Assembly (NCBI GenBank): GCA_951406725.2 | Contig: OX597840.1 | Span: 13,206,001 to 13,270,000, forward strand | Source of the DNA: Octopus vulgaris | Taxonomy: Eukaryota | Length of the DNA: 64,000 nt | Direction: 5' to 3' | In this document: piece after piece, positions 13,978-27,062 of the stretch | Numbering within the stretch: the stretch's first letter is position 1 | How the letters are laid out: every line of letters starts with the position of its first letter | Notes under the pieces: generated by a model | What the model saw: only the letters and a program-made list of their open reading frames with translations | Told to the model about the DNA's origin: nothing | Databases searched by the model: none | Program-made: the position numbers and the translations under genes

Positions 13978-14280
13978 AATAATAATAATAATAATAATAA
14001 TTGTGTACAGTGCTCAGGTGCACTACAACTCATCTAAAGTGTATATATAATCAGGTGTAGTTTCGACGGATTTCGGAAAGCATGAGGGCCTTAAAGGATG
14101 CAGTGTCATGGCAGTCAACAACTGACGCAGGCAGTTTATTCCATGCTTCAGCAACTCTGAGTGTGAAGAAATGTTTCCGAAAGTCATGGGAGCTGTGTTG
14201 TTTTCTGACTTTGTAGGTATGTCCACGTGTGTTAGACACATGGAGATCAAAAAGGTGTTCAGTGTTGTTATTGGTGAGGG
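13978..14280 (-). mobile_element. CR1/L2-clade LINE 3' fragment
   Basis: Encodes TRGHTYKVRK..FRKHFFTLRVAEAWNKLP, with a (TTA)n tail. A homologous copy lies at about 21600-21970 (-). Confidence 0.8.
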
Positions 14281-14496
14281 AATCGAACCTGTGTTCTTAC
14301 AGTCATCAGTACAACACCCTTAACCATTAAACCTCACTCCTTCTCCCAGTTTTTATTTGAACACATTTATAGGGGAGTGGACTAAAGCAACATGAAATAA
14401 ACTACCGCAATCACCACCACCACCACCAATAGTGCTACATCTGCTACTACTACTACCACCGCCACCACCACTACTAGTGCTGATAGCTTACACCCC

Positions 14497-14527
<31 letters not shown>

Positions 14528-14924
14528 TGATGGTTACGACAACTACCACCACCATCACTACTACGACGGCTTACACCCCCCACTACTACTACTACCATCA
14601 CCAACACCACCACCACTACTGCTACTACTATTACTACCTCTGTTGCTGCAGTAGGAGATAAGCAAATGAAGGCGCTCCTACATGGTCAGTCAATCAGCTA
14701 GAAATAATAGCCAAATCTCCCTCAAAAATCACACATTAAATTTTTTAAATAAATGACACATTAGATAACATAGTCAAAGTAGAATGCCTAAAGGAAAACA
14801 GGAGGGATTGTCATGGCTGAAATCTCCTTCAATCATATCTGTAGGGGCCTAAACAACAACAAGACATGGGTGAAAGGATATTTAACAGAATCCCATAATT
14901 TTTTGCCCAATCTTTAACTTACTC

Positions 14925-16050
14925 AGATATGCTTCCAGTGGGTGTATATATTTCAGTTTCAAGAGGATGTATAACTCTTTTCTGAGAATGTGTATTATTC
15001 TTTTTCAACAAGTTGTATAATTCTTCTTCGAAAGGTTGTATAATTCTTCTTCCAGTGTGTGTATAATTCTTCTTCGAAAGGTTGTATAATTCTTCTTCCA
15101 GTGTGTTTATAATTCTTCTTCCTGAAGATGTACAATTCTTCTTCCAGTGAGTGTATAACTCTTCCAATGAATGTATAATTTTTTTACCAGACTTTGTATG
15201 ATTTTTGTCCCAGAGTGTGTTTAATTCTTCTTCAAGGGTCTGTTTAATTCTTTCACCAGTGAGTGTATAATTATCCTTACAGAGTGTGTATAATTTTTCT
15301 CCTAGAGAGTATATCATTCTTATTCCTAAGAACATATAATTTTTCCTCCAGAGAGCATGTATAATTGTTCTTCCAGAAATTGTATAATTTTTCTCCAAGA
15401 GGGTGTATACAATTTTTCCACAAAGGCTATACAATTCTTCCACAGAATGTATAATTCTTTTTCCACTGTATGTATAATCCTTCTTTAAGAGCATATATAA
15501 TTCTTCTTCCAGTGAGTGTATAATTGTTTTTCCTGAGAGTGTATGATTCATCTTCAAGATCTATAATTATTTTCAAGTGTGTGTATACATATTTTTACAG
15601 AGCATGTATAATGTCTTCTATAGAGAGTGTATGATTTTTCTCCCACAGAGGGTGTATAATTATTCTTCAAAAGACTGTATAAACCTTTCACAAAGCATAT
15701 AATTGTCCTTCCAGAGAGAGTATATAGGAGAGTGTGTAGTTCTTTAAAAAAGAGTGTATAAGTCTTCTAGAAAGTATAAACACTCTTCAACAGAGTGTAT
15801 AATTTTTCTAGAAAGTGAATATTTTCCCAGAAGGTGCATAAATCTTTTGCTAGAATGTGTATAATTCTTCTTCTAGAGAGAGTGTATATTTCTTATTCAA
15901 GAGAGTGTTTTATTCATCTTCAAGAGAGCATATACGTTTCTTCCTCAAGAGAGTGTTTAATTCATCTTCAAGAGAGTGTATATAATTCTTCTTCAACAAA
16001 GAGTGTACAATTCTTCTTTAAGAGGGTAAATAATTCTTCTACTTGAAGAG
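14925..16050. repeat. Degenerate ~23-bp minisatellite
   Basis: Unit approximately GTATAATTCTTCTTCCAGTGTGT, repeated for about 1.1 kb. Confidence 0.9.
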
Positions 16051-16431
16051 AGTATGAATATAAAATGCAGAATCTGGTCTACAAAATTACAGGAATATCA
16101 GAGAAAGAGAGAGAGAGAGAGAACAAGCCTTATATGCTATACACTATATTTCATTTATTATTTCTCATCTATTTTATAGGAGGCTTTTTATTACCAGTGG
16201 CATTGTTAGTTCTTGGTCTCCAATGAGCCAATCACTGGTTGGCTGGAATTTATGATGGTGAGAGTGACAAGGAAATGTCTGTGCATTTTGCTGAGAATAA
16301 ATATCACACAGGGTATTTTTGTTCAAATGCACAGGTTTATCAGATTTCTTGTTGTTATTTATATTTTACATCTGTACCATTACACCCGCCACACACACAT
16401 TTCTGTGTGTGTGTGTGTGTGTATAATTTAC

Positions 16432-16466
<35 letters not shown>

Positions 16467-16468
<2 letters not shown>

Positions 16469-16876
16469 CGCAGGAGTGGCTGTGTGGTAAGTAGCTTGTT
16501 TACCAACCACATGGTTCCGGGTTCAGTCCCACTGCGTGGCACCTTGGGTAAGTGTCTTCAGCTATAGCCCCAGGCTGACCAATGCCTTGTGAGTGGATTT
16601 GGTAGACGGAAACTGAAAGAAGCCCGTCGTATATATGTATATATATATATATATATGTGTGTGTGTGCGTGTATGTTTGTGTTTCTGTGTTTGTCCCCCT
16701 AGCATTGCTTGACAACCGATGGTGGTGTGTTTATGTCCCCGTCCCTTAGCGGTTCAGCAAAAGAGACCGATAGAATAAGTACTGGGCTTACAAAGAATAA
16801 CCCGGGGTCGAGTTGCTCGATTAAAGGCGGTGCTCCAGCATGGCCACAGTCAAATGACTGAAACAAGTAAAAGAGT
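16467..16876 (+). mobile_element. tRNA-derived SINE family A (bipartite, with internal TA/TG microsatellite), representative full copy
   Basis: A-box TGGCTGTGTGG, B-box GGTTCAGTCCC, then ACCTTGGG.AAGTG. Other + copies at about 9170, 12019-12405, 16920-17210, 36224-36630, 40403-40797, 42385-42790, 55478-55790, 59877-60270 and 62463. Confidence 0.9.
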
Positions 16877-19778
16877 ATATATAACTATATATAATGCATT
16901 ATATATAGTTATCTATATAGGTGCATGCGTGGCTGTGTAGTAAGAAGCTTGCTTCCCAACCACATGGTTTCAGGTTCTGTTCCACTGCGTGGCACCTTGG
17001 GCAAGTGTCTTCTACTATAGCCTTGGGCCAACCAAAGCCTTGTGAGTGGATTTGGTAGACAAAAACTGAAAGAAACCTGTCATATATTATATATATATAT
17101 GTCTCTGTATCTGTGTTTGTACTTCACTACCACCACTTGATGGCTGGTGTTGGTGTGTTTACCTCCATGCGACTTAGTGGTTTGGCAAAAGAGATCGCTA
17201 GAATGAGTTGATTTGTGTGATGGAACACCTTGAGAACTACGTTAAGGATTTGTGTGTCTGTGGAGTACTCGGCCACTTGCATGGTAATTTCACCAGGTGG
17301 CTGTTCGGCTGATCAGACCAGCTAGAACCCTCATCATCATAACTGATGGAACACCTCGAGAATTACGTTAAGGTTTGTGTGTCTGTGGAGTACTCGACCA
17401 CTTGCATGTTAATTTCACCAGGTGGCTGTTCGGCTGATCAGACCAGCTAGAACCCTCATCATCATAACTGATGGAACACCTCGAGAATTACGTTAAGGGT
17501 TTGTGTGTCTGTGGTGTACTCAGCCACTTGTACATTGATTTCAAGTGCTTGCTTTTCTGTCGATTGGATCAACAGGAACCCTCGTCATAACTGATAGTGC
17601 TAGTAGAACAGTATGAGGAGTTCCAGATTTCTGTGAAATGGTGCTAAGAATGGCACCCACCTGTAGGTACCAAAGTAGAAATTGGAACATGGTGCAGCCC
17701 TCTGGCTTGTTTATTCATGTGGAGCAATACAGCCCATATCAGCATGGAAAAAGGGATATTAAATGATGATGATAATATATACATTATATGTTATTGCATA
17801 ATAAATAAATATATATATGGATATGGATATATTTATATATAACATACAAGAAATAGACTCCCTCATATGTCAGGGGACCAAAAATTCTGGTGGTTTTGCT
17901 GTTTGAGAAGACACGTCAAGCTGAGTAAAATCGCGGTTGTCCTTGCATACAGGTATGTCCCCTGCATCCCTCTTCAACTGATTGATCCTAGTCTGGTGGG
18001 CTCATGGATGCTGGTTCCAGGTAAAAAACACCTATACTGGTGCCACGTAAAGGCACCCATGCTGGAGCTGCATAAAAGTACCCAGTAAACTCTGTAAAGT
18101 GGTTGGCATTAGGGAAGGCATCCAGCCACAGAAACCAAGCCAAAATATATATGGAACATGGGCAGCTCCTGTCAAACTGTCCAACCCATGACAGCATGGA
18201 AAATGGGCGTTAAATGATTATGATGATTATACACACACACACACATATACTAACAAAGCAGGTTACATAATTAATGATTTTGAGTAAGGCTCCATTGACC
18301 TCTAGTCATCATTTGTGCCTGTTTACATCCAAAATGACCTCTGTAAAACAGCTGTTGAGGATGTGAGATGAGATGTACCCACTCACCATTTTGGAAAATC
18401 AAATTTTTTGTTTCTAAGGAAAAATATTCTTAATGCAGGGCAAGGGGTCAGGGCTGAAAGAGTTACATCACGTGATATGAGAAACGATAAAAAAATTGTT
18501 AAATGGTAAATAAAAGTATGAAAGGAAAGGAAAATAAAAATAAAGTGAGAAGAAAAGTGTGAGGGAGAGAGAAAGCAATAAAGGCTGAAAGAACTATCAG
18601 AAGGAGAGAGGGAAGAAAGAAGAGAGGAATGCAGAAAAAGAAGAAAGAATGGAATGAAGAGGTTGGACAAAGGTCAAACAAGAAGCAAATGTGGCAACTG
18701 TGCTATGGTAGCTTAGACAAGTAGCAGAGGAAGTATTTCTTCTTGTGCAAACAAGGTGCAAAAGTCTCAAACTTAGAATTCAGTTATAATCCATGTTAAT
18801 GACTATTAGTCTCTTTTCCATTTTATATTGGTTTATGATCCACACCAAATCACACACAATATATACAGTACATTTTACATACAAGATATCATATATATAA
18901 CGTAAATATATAGTACATTATATGTAATATATATGTGTGTATACATTATATTTATATAACATATAATATACATCTTATATAAAATAAAACTGGTTCTCCT
19001 CTTGTCAAGAGTTCTGGATGAGCCTTCCTCATGGCAGGAAACCCAGATGAGGCAGCAGCAACAAACTCGCTCATTCACTAGATGCTACATATCAGTGGAA
19101 GTTTCAAATAATGAAGGTGTAGAAAAACCAATGGTGGTGCCCCAGCATGGCCACAGCTTCCAAACTAAAACTAGTTAAAGAATAAAGAGTTTATATACTC
19201 TATTACATACTAGAGTACTTCCCATCAAACTACAGTATCTTTTGAAGTGTGCCTTTGTGACCATGGGGCACAGTCATTATATATATATTTATCTATCTAT
19301 CTATCTATCTATATCTATATATATATGTATAAAGGGCAAATACCCCGAAATATGTCTGCAGATGCCTGACCAGCAAGGGGAAGCGGCTGACCTTCCCTGT
19401 TCAAAGGTTATAATGGACACTAGCTAGAGGCGATGACCTCTTGGAGCTAATCAACGGCAGTTTTTGTCCTATATTTATGGACTGCCATATTAGCTCGGAG
19501 ATAACTATTAATATCCTGTACCACTGCCATAGTCTCCTTTAGAGAGACTTAGAAATAATAATATTTCTATTATATATATATATATATATATATATTATTA
19601 GTGAATGGAATAAATGGAGTTGACTAATAATATTAAACTTCAATTATCCGCTCCAACGCACGGTTGCAACACCAAATGGTCTTATCTCCAACCGCGCTGT
19701 TTTCCGGTGTGATTTTGCTACCCAGGTATCGGTTAAACCTTTGAATAATCTGTCACAAGAAAATTCATCTTTCTATTT

Positions 19779-19852
<74 letters not shown>

Positions 19853-20921
19853 TATATACATATATACACTGCCAGTTCAGACTGGGTCTGGTGCAGCCTC
19901 CTGGCTTCCCAGACCCCAGTCAAACCGTCCAACCCATGCTAGCATGGAAAGCGGATGTTAGATGATGATGATGATGATGATATATACACACACACATACA
20001 TACCTCCTTGTGACAATGTAAACTCATCCTTGGTTCTGTTCGCTATGAAACATATGTAGCGCAGATCTTATCTATTCCATTCCTTAGCTCTTGTATTCTT
20101 AATTGCACACCCAGCAACCCTGGTCACCTACCGTGAAATATAAAAAGAACTTTTTTCAGTTTATCATACTTCGATAAAAAAAAAAGTCCACAACCTTCCG
20201 TCTCAACAAACCACTATTGTCCCTGAAAGTTGTTTTTTATATTTACTACAGATTGCTTTAAGCTGACTTTCTACCTATACCTTGATCCTTGAATCTTTAT
20301 ATATATATATCTTAGTCAGTCAGTGGAAGAACTTCACTACCTCATATCTTCTTAAAATTTAAATCCACACCTTTGTCTGTATATCTACCTTCTCTATAAT
20401 GTTGCCACTTGATTTGAAAATGTTTGTAGTAATGGAAAACCTCTATAATTGGCTGATGAGTACTCAACATCTTAAATCTGTTGTAATACTTACAACATTT
20501 AATAAAATGATGTAGTATGAAATGATCGTACCAAATTACCGGAGTCATTCTTGTTGCTTATTTTGAATATATATATATATATAGATATATATATATTTAA
20601 AATAATAAGGGTGAAAAATTGAATGTTAATTTGATTAATATCAATTTAAAACCAGTGGTCTAGCATATAGAAAAATCTGAAGATTCAGAAAAATTATATT
20701 ACATACATATAAGAGCATCATCCCTCTTATATGTATGTAATTATATATATGTATGTATGTATGTTTGTTTGTGTATTTATCAACATAGAAACATGCATAC
20801 ATAAGCGCGCTCTCACACATACACTCGGACTAAGAGGAGAGATATAATGTCCATGCAGATGCCGAATTTCTCCATGTAAAATACCAAGACTGGTTCCTTC
20901 AGATGGTGCTTTTATGGTAAA

Positions 20922-21298
20922 CTAGCAGTATCGCCCGGCGTTGTTCGGGTTTGTAAGGGAAATAACTATAAAGCATTTTTAGAGAGTTATAGCCAAAAAA
21001 TAGCAAAAAAATGTAAAAAAAATTATGGTAAATTTTTTTGAGAGTTAAAAAGGTCGAGTTGCGTCCCCTAGACATTCTGTGGTTTGTGTTTCTGATTCTC
21101 GACCCCATGTCGAATTTATCGATTTTTTTTCAGAACTGGGGGAACTTTTCAAAATTTTTCTCTGCGTTAGTTTTGAATTATGACATTGGGCTATGTGTGT
21201 GTCAAGTTTCATCAGAATCGGTTGAAAGCCGTGGTCAGGGTGAGGGTACAACCTGACAGACACACAGACAGACAAACTGCCGTTTATATAGAGAGAGA
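20922..21298 (-). mobile_element. Non-autonomous Helitron
   Basis: Minus strand starts A|TC and ends CTAG|T, with a subterminal hairpin CCCG-aacaacgc-CGGG and a (CTGT)n tract near the 5' end. Confidence 0.75.
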
Positions 21299-23062
21299 TT
21301 TCCTTTAACCTCCATCTGATGTTACAGTTTTTTCCTGGTTACATAAAGTGTAAAGTAAAATATTGATAATAAGGAGAAAGAAGAATTTGAACATTCAAAC
21401 TTTGTTTATTTACAGTAGGTTTATTCATGATAATTTTCTGATACATTTTCATTCTCGTTAATTGCATATTGTTGCATATTTATATGCACCAATTTATGCA
21501 TTATTAGTACAATCTCTTCAGTGTGTATAAATATGACATTGTTCAAACTGGAATTTTCCTCCTCTATTAGTTTGAATTAGGCTTGGTAGTAGTATGACTA
21601 ATAATGATAATGAAATTATTGTATATAGTGCTCAGGTGCACTAAAACTCATCAAAGGTGCATGTACAGTACATAGAATTATATGCAAAAGTCAGACAAGC
21701 GAACAGTGTATGTGTCATGATATACATGTGTGCATGCATATAGAGGCAGAGATATCAGGTGTAGTGTTGGCAAATTTCAGGAATCATGGAAGTTTTGAAG
21801 GATGCAATGTCTCAGCAACTAACAACTGATGCAGGCAGTTTGTTCCATGCCTCAGCAACTCTGAGTGTGAAAAGATGTTTCCAAAAGTCATGGGAGCTGT
21901 GCTGTTTTCTGACTTTGTAGGCATGCTCACATGTGTTAGACACATGGAGTTCAAAAAGGTGCTCAAGGTGGTTCCTCTCTGGTCAATGTCTCATCAACCT
22001 CTTCAAGTATCACTTGAAAAGGAAAGTGAGAGTAGAGAAGCAAGTTTTGTCTAGCGAATGTTTCAAAAAAAGACGGGTGAATGTAGCAAGGATGGCACGT
22101 ATGAATGACGAAGCCACCTTGAGCATAATCCTATGAACCCGGAAAAATTTAAAACAGAGAGTTACTTACTTGCAAATAAATGTGTTAACATGTGACATTA
22201 TTGACCGAGGTTACCGTGGTCTTTTCCGTAGGCTTTTCTTTCCATGGATAAACCTCATCTGCTTCCCTCTTTACACTTTACATCATGACATTTCTGTGAT
22301 ACATGATTCCTATTGATCGTGTTTTTTTTCTTTCTTTCCTTTTTACGATCCCTTTTGATTGAAAACCTACCCCACTTTTTTTTCTCTCCCCAAAAAGAAA
22401 AGCTCTACTTTCTAATTTGTCCTGTCTGTGTTCAGCCCTGTGTGGCTAATAAACAAACATAATAATTTTGTGGGTGTTTACCAAGTCAGCTGCCAGAGAA
22501 GCAAAGTGTTCAGTAAACCATGATGTTTATTGGTGAGCTGTTTTCCACAACTGATTGTTTGAGTACCGTTCAGCATTTTCACCTATATATATATCATCAT
22601 CATCATCATCATCATTTAATGTCAATGCACGCCGGGCAACATGTTTAGCTGTATTTCGTCTGCTGCTATGTTCTGAGTTCAAATTCCACTGAAGTCAACT
22701 TTGCTTTTCATTCTTTCGGGGTTGATAGATTAAGTAGCAGTTACGCACTGGGATCAAAGTAATTGACACATACCCTCCCAAAAATGTCAGGCCTTGTGCC
22801 TATAGTAGAAAAGATTACTATTATTATCAATATCATTATTATTATTTTCACCCATGTTTACGTTCTGAGTTCAAATTCTGCCTTGGTTGATGTTTCTTTT
22901 CATCCTTTCGGGGTCAATAAAATAAGTACCAGTTTAAGCACTGGAGTTTAACTTTCCTCAGCTTACACCCTCTCCCAAAAATTGCTGGCCTTGTGCCAAA
23001 ATTTGAAACTTATTATATAAAGATTTCTAAAATAATTCCCTTTCTTTTCTCTTTTTTTCCAG

Positions 23063-23398
23063 GTCGACATAAAAGTTTCAAATTACGTCTCCCATCTATT
23101 AGAAAAGATTTTAGGGCCCCTAAGACAATTAGCGGGCTCCAAGATCCAGAAAATCCTCCTATTCTCGAAGAATCTGTACCTCTTAACCAAATTTCCACTC
23201 CTGATTCAACAGTTCCACATCAGACGTCGCCATCAAGAAAGAAGATTGAAAGCCTACAATCTGACTCCAGTAGCCTACTTGAACCTAAGTCACATCTGGA
23301 GGATCACAGTGAGCTGAGGAGAGCCTCCTCGTTAGAGGGATTAACTCAGCACCAATCGCTCGATGCTGATGACAAGATTCGGACTAATAGTGAGCCAC
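23063..23398 (+). CDS. KCNH2: ERG/KCNH2-family K+ channel internal exon (proximal N-terminus, equivalent to hERG exon 4), phase 1-1
   Basis: Acceptor ttttttttccAG (23061-62) and donor cac|GTAAGT (23399). Encodes GRHKSFKLRLPS (cf. hERG GRAKTFRLKLPA) and LRRASS (cf. hERG VRRASS). The symbol denotes the ERG subfamily, not 1:1 orthology. Confidence 0.85.
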
Positions 23399-23560
23399 GT
23401 AAGTTGAATACTTCTCTAAGTCTACAAAAAAGATAATAAACGCAAAAAAAAATTAACATTATTTGATATATGTTTAATGAAAATATATTTTGGCTACTTT
23501 CCTATTTATCTGTACCTATGTATCTGTCTGTCTATCTGTCTCTGTCTCTCTCTCTCTCTC

Positions 23561-23599
<39 letters not shown>

Positions 23600-24161
23600 G
23601 TATATATATGTATATGTATATATATGTATATGTATATATATGTATATATATATGTATATGTATATATATGTATATGTATATATATGTATATGTATATATA
23701 TGTATATATATATATGTATATGTATATATATGTATATATGTATATATATATATATATATATGTTATATATATGTATATATCATCATCATCATCATCGTTT
23801 AACGTCCATTCTCCATGCTAGCATGGGTTGGACGGTTCGACCGGGGATCTGGGAAGCCAGAAGGCTGCACCAGGCTCCAGTCTTATCTGGCAATGTTTCT
23901 ACAGCTGGATGCCCTTCCTAATGCCAACCACTCCGTGAGAGTAGTGGGTGCTTTTTACGTGCCACCTGCACAGGTGCCAGGCGAGGCTGGCAACGGCCAC
24001 GGTCAGGTTGGTGTATTTTATGTGCCACCGGCACGGAAGCCAGTCGAGGCGGTGCTGGCATCGGCCACGAGTCGGATAGTGCTTTTTACGTACCACCAGA
24101 CCAGGGATCCTGGCTGGTTCAATTCGATTTTGATTTCGCTTGCCCCAACATGTCTTCGATA

Positions 24162-24212
<51 letters not shown>

Positions 24213-24341
24213 CCTTTATACTGTATCAAAATTTCGTGCATTTATTTGAAAAGTTAAGGAAGTTATTAAAAATTGAAACCCATCAGTGACTTTTGGGACA
24301 CTCTGTATATATCTATGTGTGTGTGTGTATATACTTTAGTC

Positions 24342-24463
24342 AAAAGTAGCAGAAATATAACAAAAGCTGTTACTCGGAGTTTCACGTTCCCGTTAACAAA
24401 ACTGTCCGACAAACAGGAACGTGAAACTCTGAGTAACAGCTTTTGTTATATTTCTACTGCTTT
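24342..24463. repeat. ~120-bp fold-back palindrome with a hammerhead-like motif
   Basis: AAAAGTAGCAGAAATATAACAAAAGCTGTTACTCGGAGTTTCACGTTCC pairs with GGAACGTGAAACTCTGAGTAACAGCTTTTGTTATATTTCTACTGCTTTT. Confidence 0.85.
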
Positions 24464-24949
24464 TAAATAATGCATATTACTCTACCTCTGGTATTTGAGT
24501 ACTCTTTTTCCCACCTTGTTTCACATTTATGTGCTTACTCCGGTGTATATATATATATATACATATATATATTGTGCGTGGGGAGAGTCATGTTATCTTA
24601 ATGCTTTATTATCTAACACACTCACTGATTTGATTTCCACTCATTTATTGTTTATTTTTTTTCTTACAAAATTTTTTTGTTTTTTGCAACTTTGTATATG
24701 GATAAAGGCAACAAAAATTTTGGAAGAAAGAATAAAAATAATAAATGAATGGAAATCGGACTGATGTGTGTGTTTGTGTGTGTATGTTAGATAGTAAGGC
24801 ATTAAGACAATATAACTCTCCCCAGACACAACATAATTTGCTTCAATTCATGAATTCATATAAAGAATATTGCAAACCAGACACAAAAACGAAATTGTGT
24901 GTGTATGTGTATGGTCACTCAGTTTTTCGTTGGAGATAGTATGTAAGCA

Positions 24950-25340
24950 TTGCATATGTAAAGTGCCAAGCTGGTTGATGTGCTTTCATAACAGTGAGGT
25001 ACTAACAATATGAAACGTATCAGGTATTGAAGCCATCCTCATCAAAATACAGCTAAGATGGTCAGGTCATCCCTCACATATGAGTGATATCAGAATTCCA
25101 AAGCAACTTCTCTTAGGCTAATTCCCAACAGGGAGGTCTGTTGGAAGGACCCGTTTGCACTTCAGTGACAAACTGAAAGACAATCTGAAGTGATTCAACA
25201 TTGCTTTTTCTTCCTGGTTCCTGGGAAAGCTAAGCATCAGAACACAGAACCTGGCACCAATCCTGTTTCTCTTCGGTTCAAAGACCTGACCGAGTCAACT
25301 CCAATATTGGCACCAACTTCGTGCAAGCATGAAGGCACAT
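24950..25340 (+). mobile_element. Degenerate RTE-BovB-like LINE C-terminal fragment
   Basis: Translates as SGIEAILIKIQLRWSGH..MSDIRIPKQLL and GRTRLHFSDKLKDNLK. Confidence 0.65.
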
Positions 25341-27062
25341 TGGCAAAATGCTGCTCCTCTAAATGGATAATAAAATTTTTGTTACACAGTATACTCTCTT
25401 TTACTTGTTTTAGTCATGTGACTGTGGCCATGCTGGAGCACCACTTTTAGTCGAACAAATTGACCCCAGGACTTATTCTTTGTAAGCCTAATACTTATTC
25501 TATCTGTCTCTTTTGCTGAACCTCTAAGTTACAGGGACGTAAACACACCATCGTCGGTTGTCAAGCTGGCTGGAATGGCAGTCTGTCATAGGATACTTCA
25601 GGGCCCTGTGCCTAAAGTAAAAAGAATATTTTATCATCCCTAAGGCACCAAGCTTGGCAGAAATGTTAGTATGCTGGGTGAAATGCTTGGTGGTATTTTG
25701 TCTGTCTTTATGTTCTGAATACAAATTCCACCGAGGTTGACTTTGCCTTTCGTCCTTTCAGGGTTGATAAATTAAGTACCAGTTGCATATTGGGGTTGAT
25801 CTAATTGACTGGCCCCTCCCCTCCCAAAATTTCAGGCCTTGTGCCTAGAGTAGAAAAGAATATTATGTATATATTCTTATATATTCTGTTTCAAATATTA
25901 TGCTTATAATATGTTTGCTGGTGTATTTCTTATTCAGTTTGAGAATTCCGATAATGATACTAACAACAGTCTGTCTGATTAGAAACTGAGAGTAATCAAT
26001 AAGCAATTTATATTGATTTATCAATAGTTGTGAGGTGGGTCTATGGAATTGTACTTTGAGTTTTATCTAAGAAATCAATTATGCTAAGGTCCTCTTGGAC
26101 AGATTGTTAATGGTATTTTGTATGATACTGCCATGCAGCACTGAAATAACAAAGAGGAAAAAGATATTAGCTGTATTGATAATAATAATAATAATAATAA
26201 TAATTCTTTGTGCATCAGGCACAGGGTCTGAAATTTTGGGGTAGGACCATAGTCAATTACATTGACCCCAATGTTCAAATGCTACTCATTTTATCGACCC
26301 TGAAAGCATATATTATTATTCTTTCCTACTCTAGGCACAAGGCCTGAAATTATGGGGGAGGGGGCCAGTCAATTAGATCGACCCTAGTACATAACTGGTA
26401 CTTAATTTATCAACCCCGAAAGCATGAAAGGCAAAGTTGACATCGGAAGAATTTGAACTCAGAACGTAAAGACAGACGAAATACTGCTAAGCATTTTGCT
26501 TGGCATGCTAGCCACTCTGTCAGCTCGCCGCCAGGATATATTATTATTATTATTATTATTATTATTTTTACTATTAAGGCATCAAGCTGGCAGAATTATT
26601 ACTTTGCCATAATTGGGATAATAATTCTTTCTACAAAAGGCATGGGGCCGGAAATTTTGGGATAGGGAGCTCGTCAATTACTTCAACCCCAGTATCTAAC
26701 TGGTACTTATTTTATCGACTCTGAGAGGATGAATAGCAAAGTTGACCTCACTGGAATTTGAACTCAGAACATAAAGATGGACGCAATGCTGCTAACCATT
26801 TTGTTTGGTGTACTAGTGATTCTGCCAACTCACATCTTTGTATTGATGATTATGATGATGATGATATAATAATAATAATAAGTCTTTCTACTATAGGCAG
26901 AAGGCCTGAAATTTGTGGGGAGGTATAAGTCGATCACATTGAGAGGGGAGTTGATCACATGACTGGTGCTTATTACATCGACCCTGAAAGGATGAAAGGC
27001 AAAGCAGACCTCAACCAAATATGAATTCAGAAGTTCCTAATAATAATAATAATAATAATAAA

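Noticed and set aside
14919-15557. 212-aa repetitive ORF, and CRISPR-like appearance of the array
   Set aside because: It is a contiguous 23-bp minisatellite with no unique spacers, no cas genes, and a eukaryotic context.
16180-16257. Possible plus-strand exon (ttttatAG ... atg|GTGAGA)
   Set aside because: Stops in all three frames and no similarity to the expected PAS/PAC exon.
22993-23062. N-terminal part of the 147-aa ORF as a gene start
   Set aside because: It overlaps a SINE B tail and the polypyrimidine tract. Homology begins only after the AG at 23061-62.
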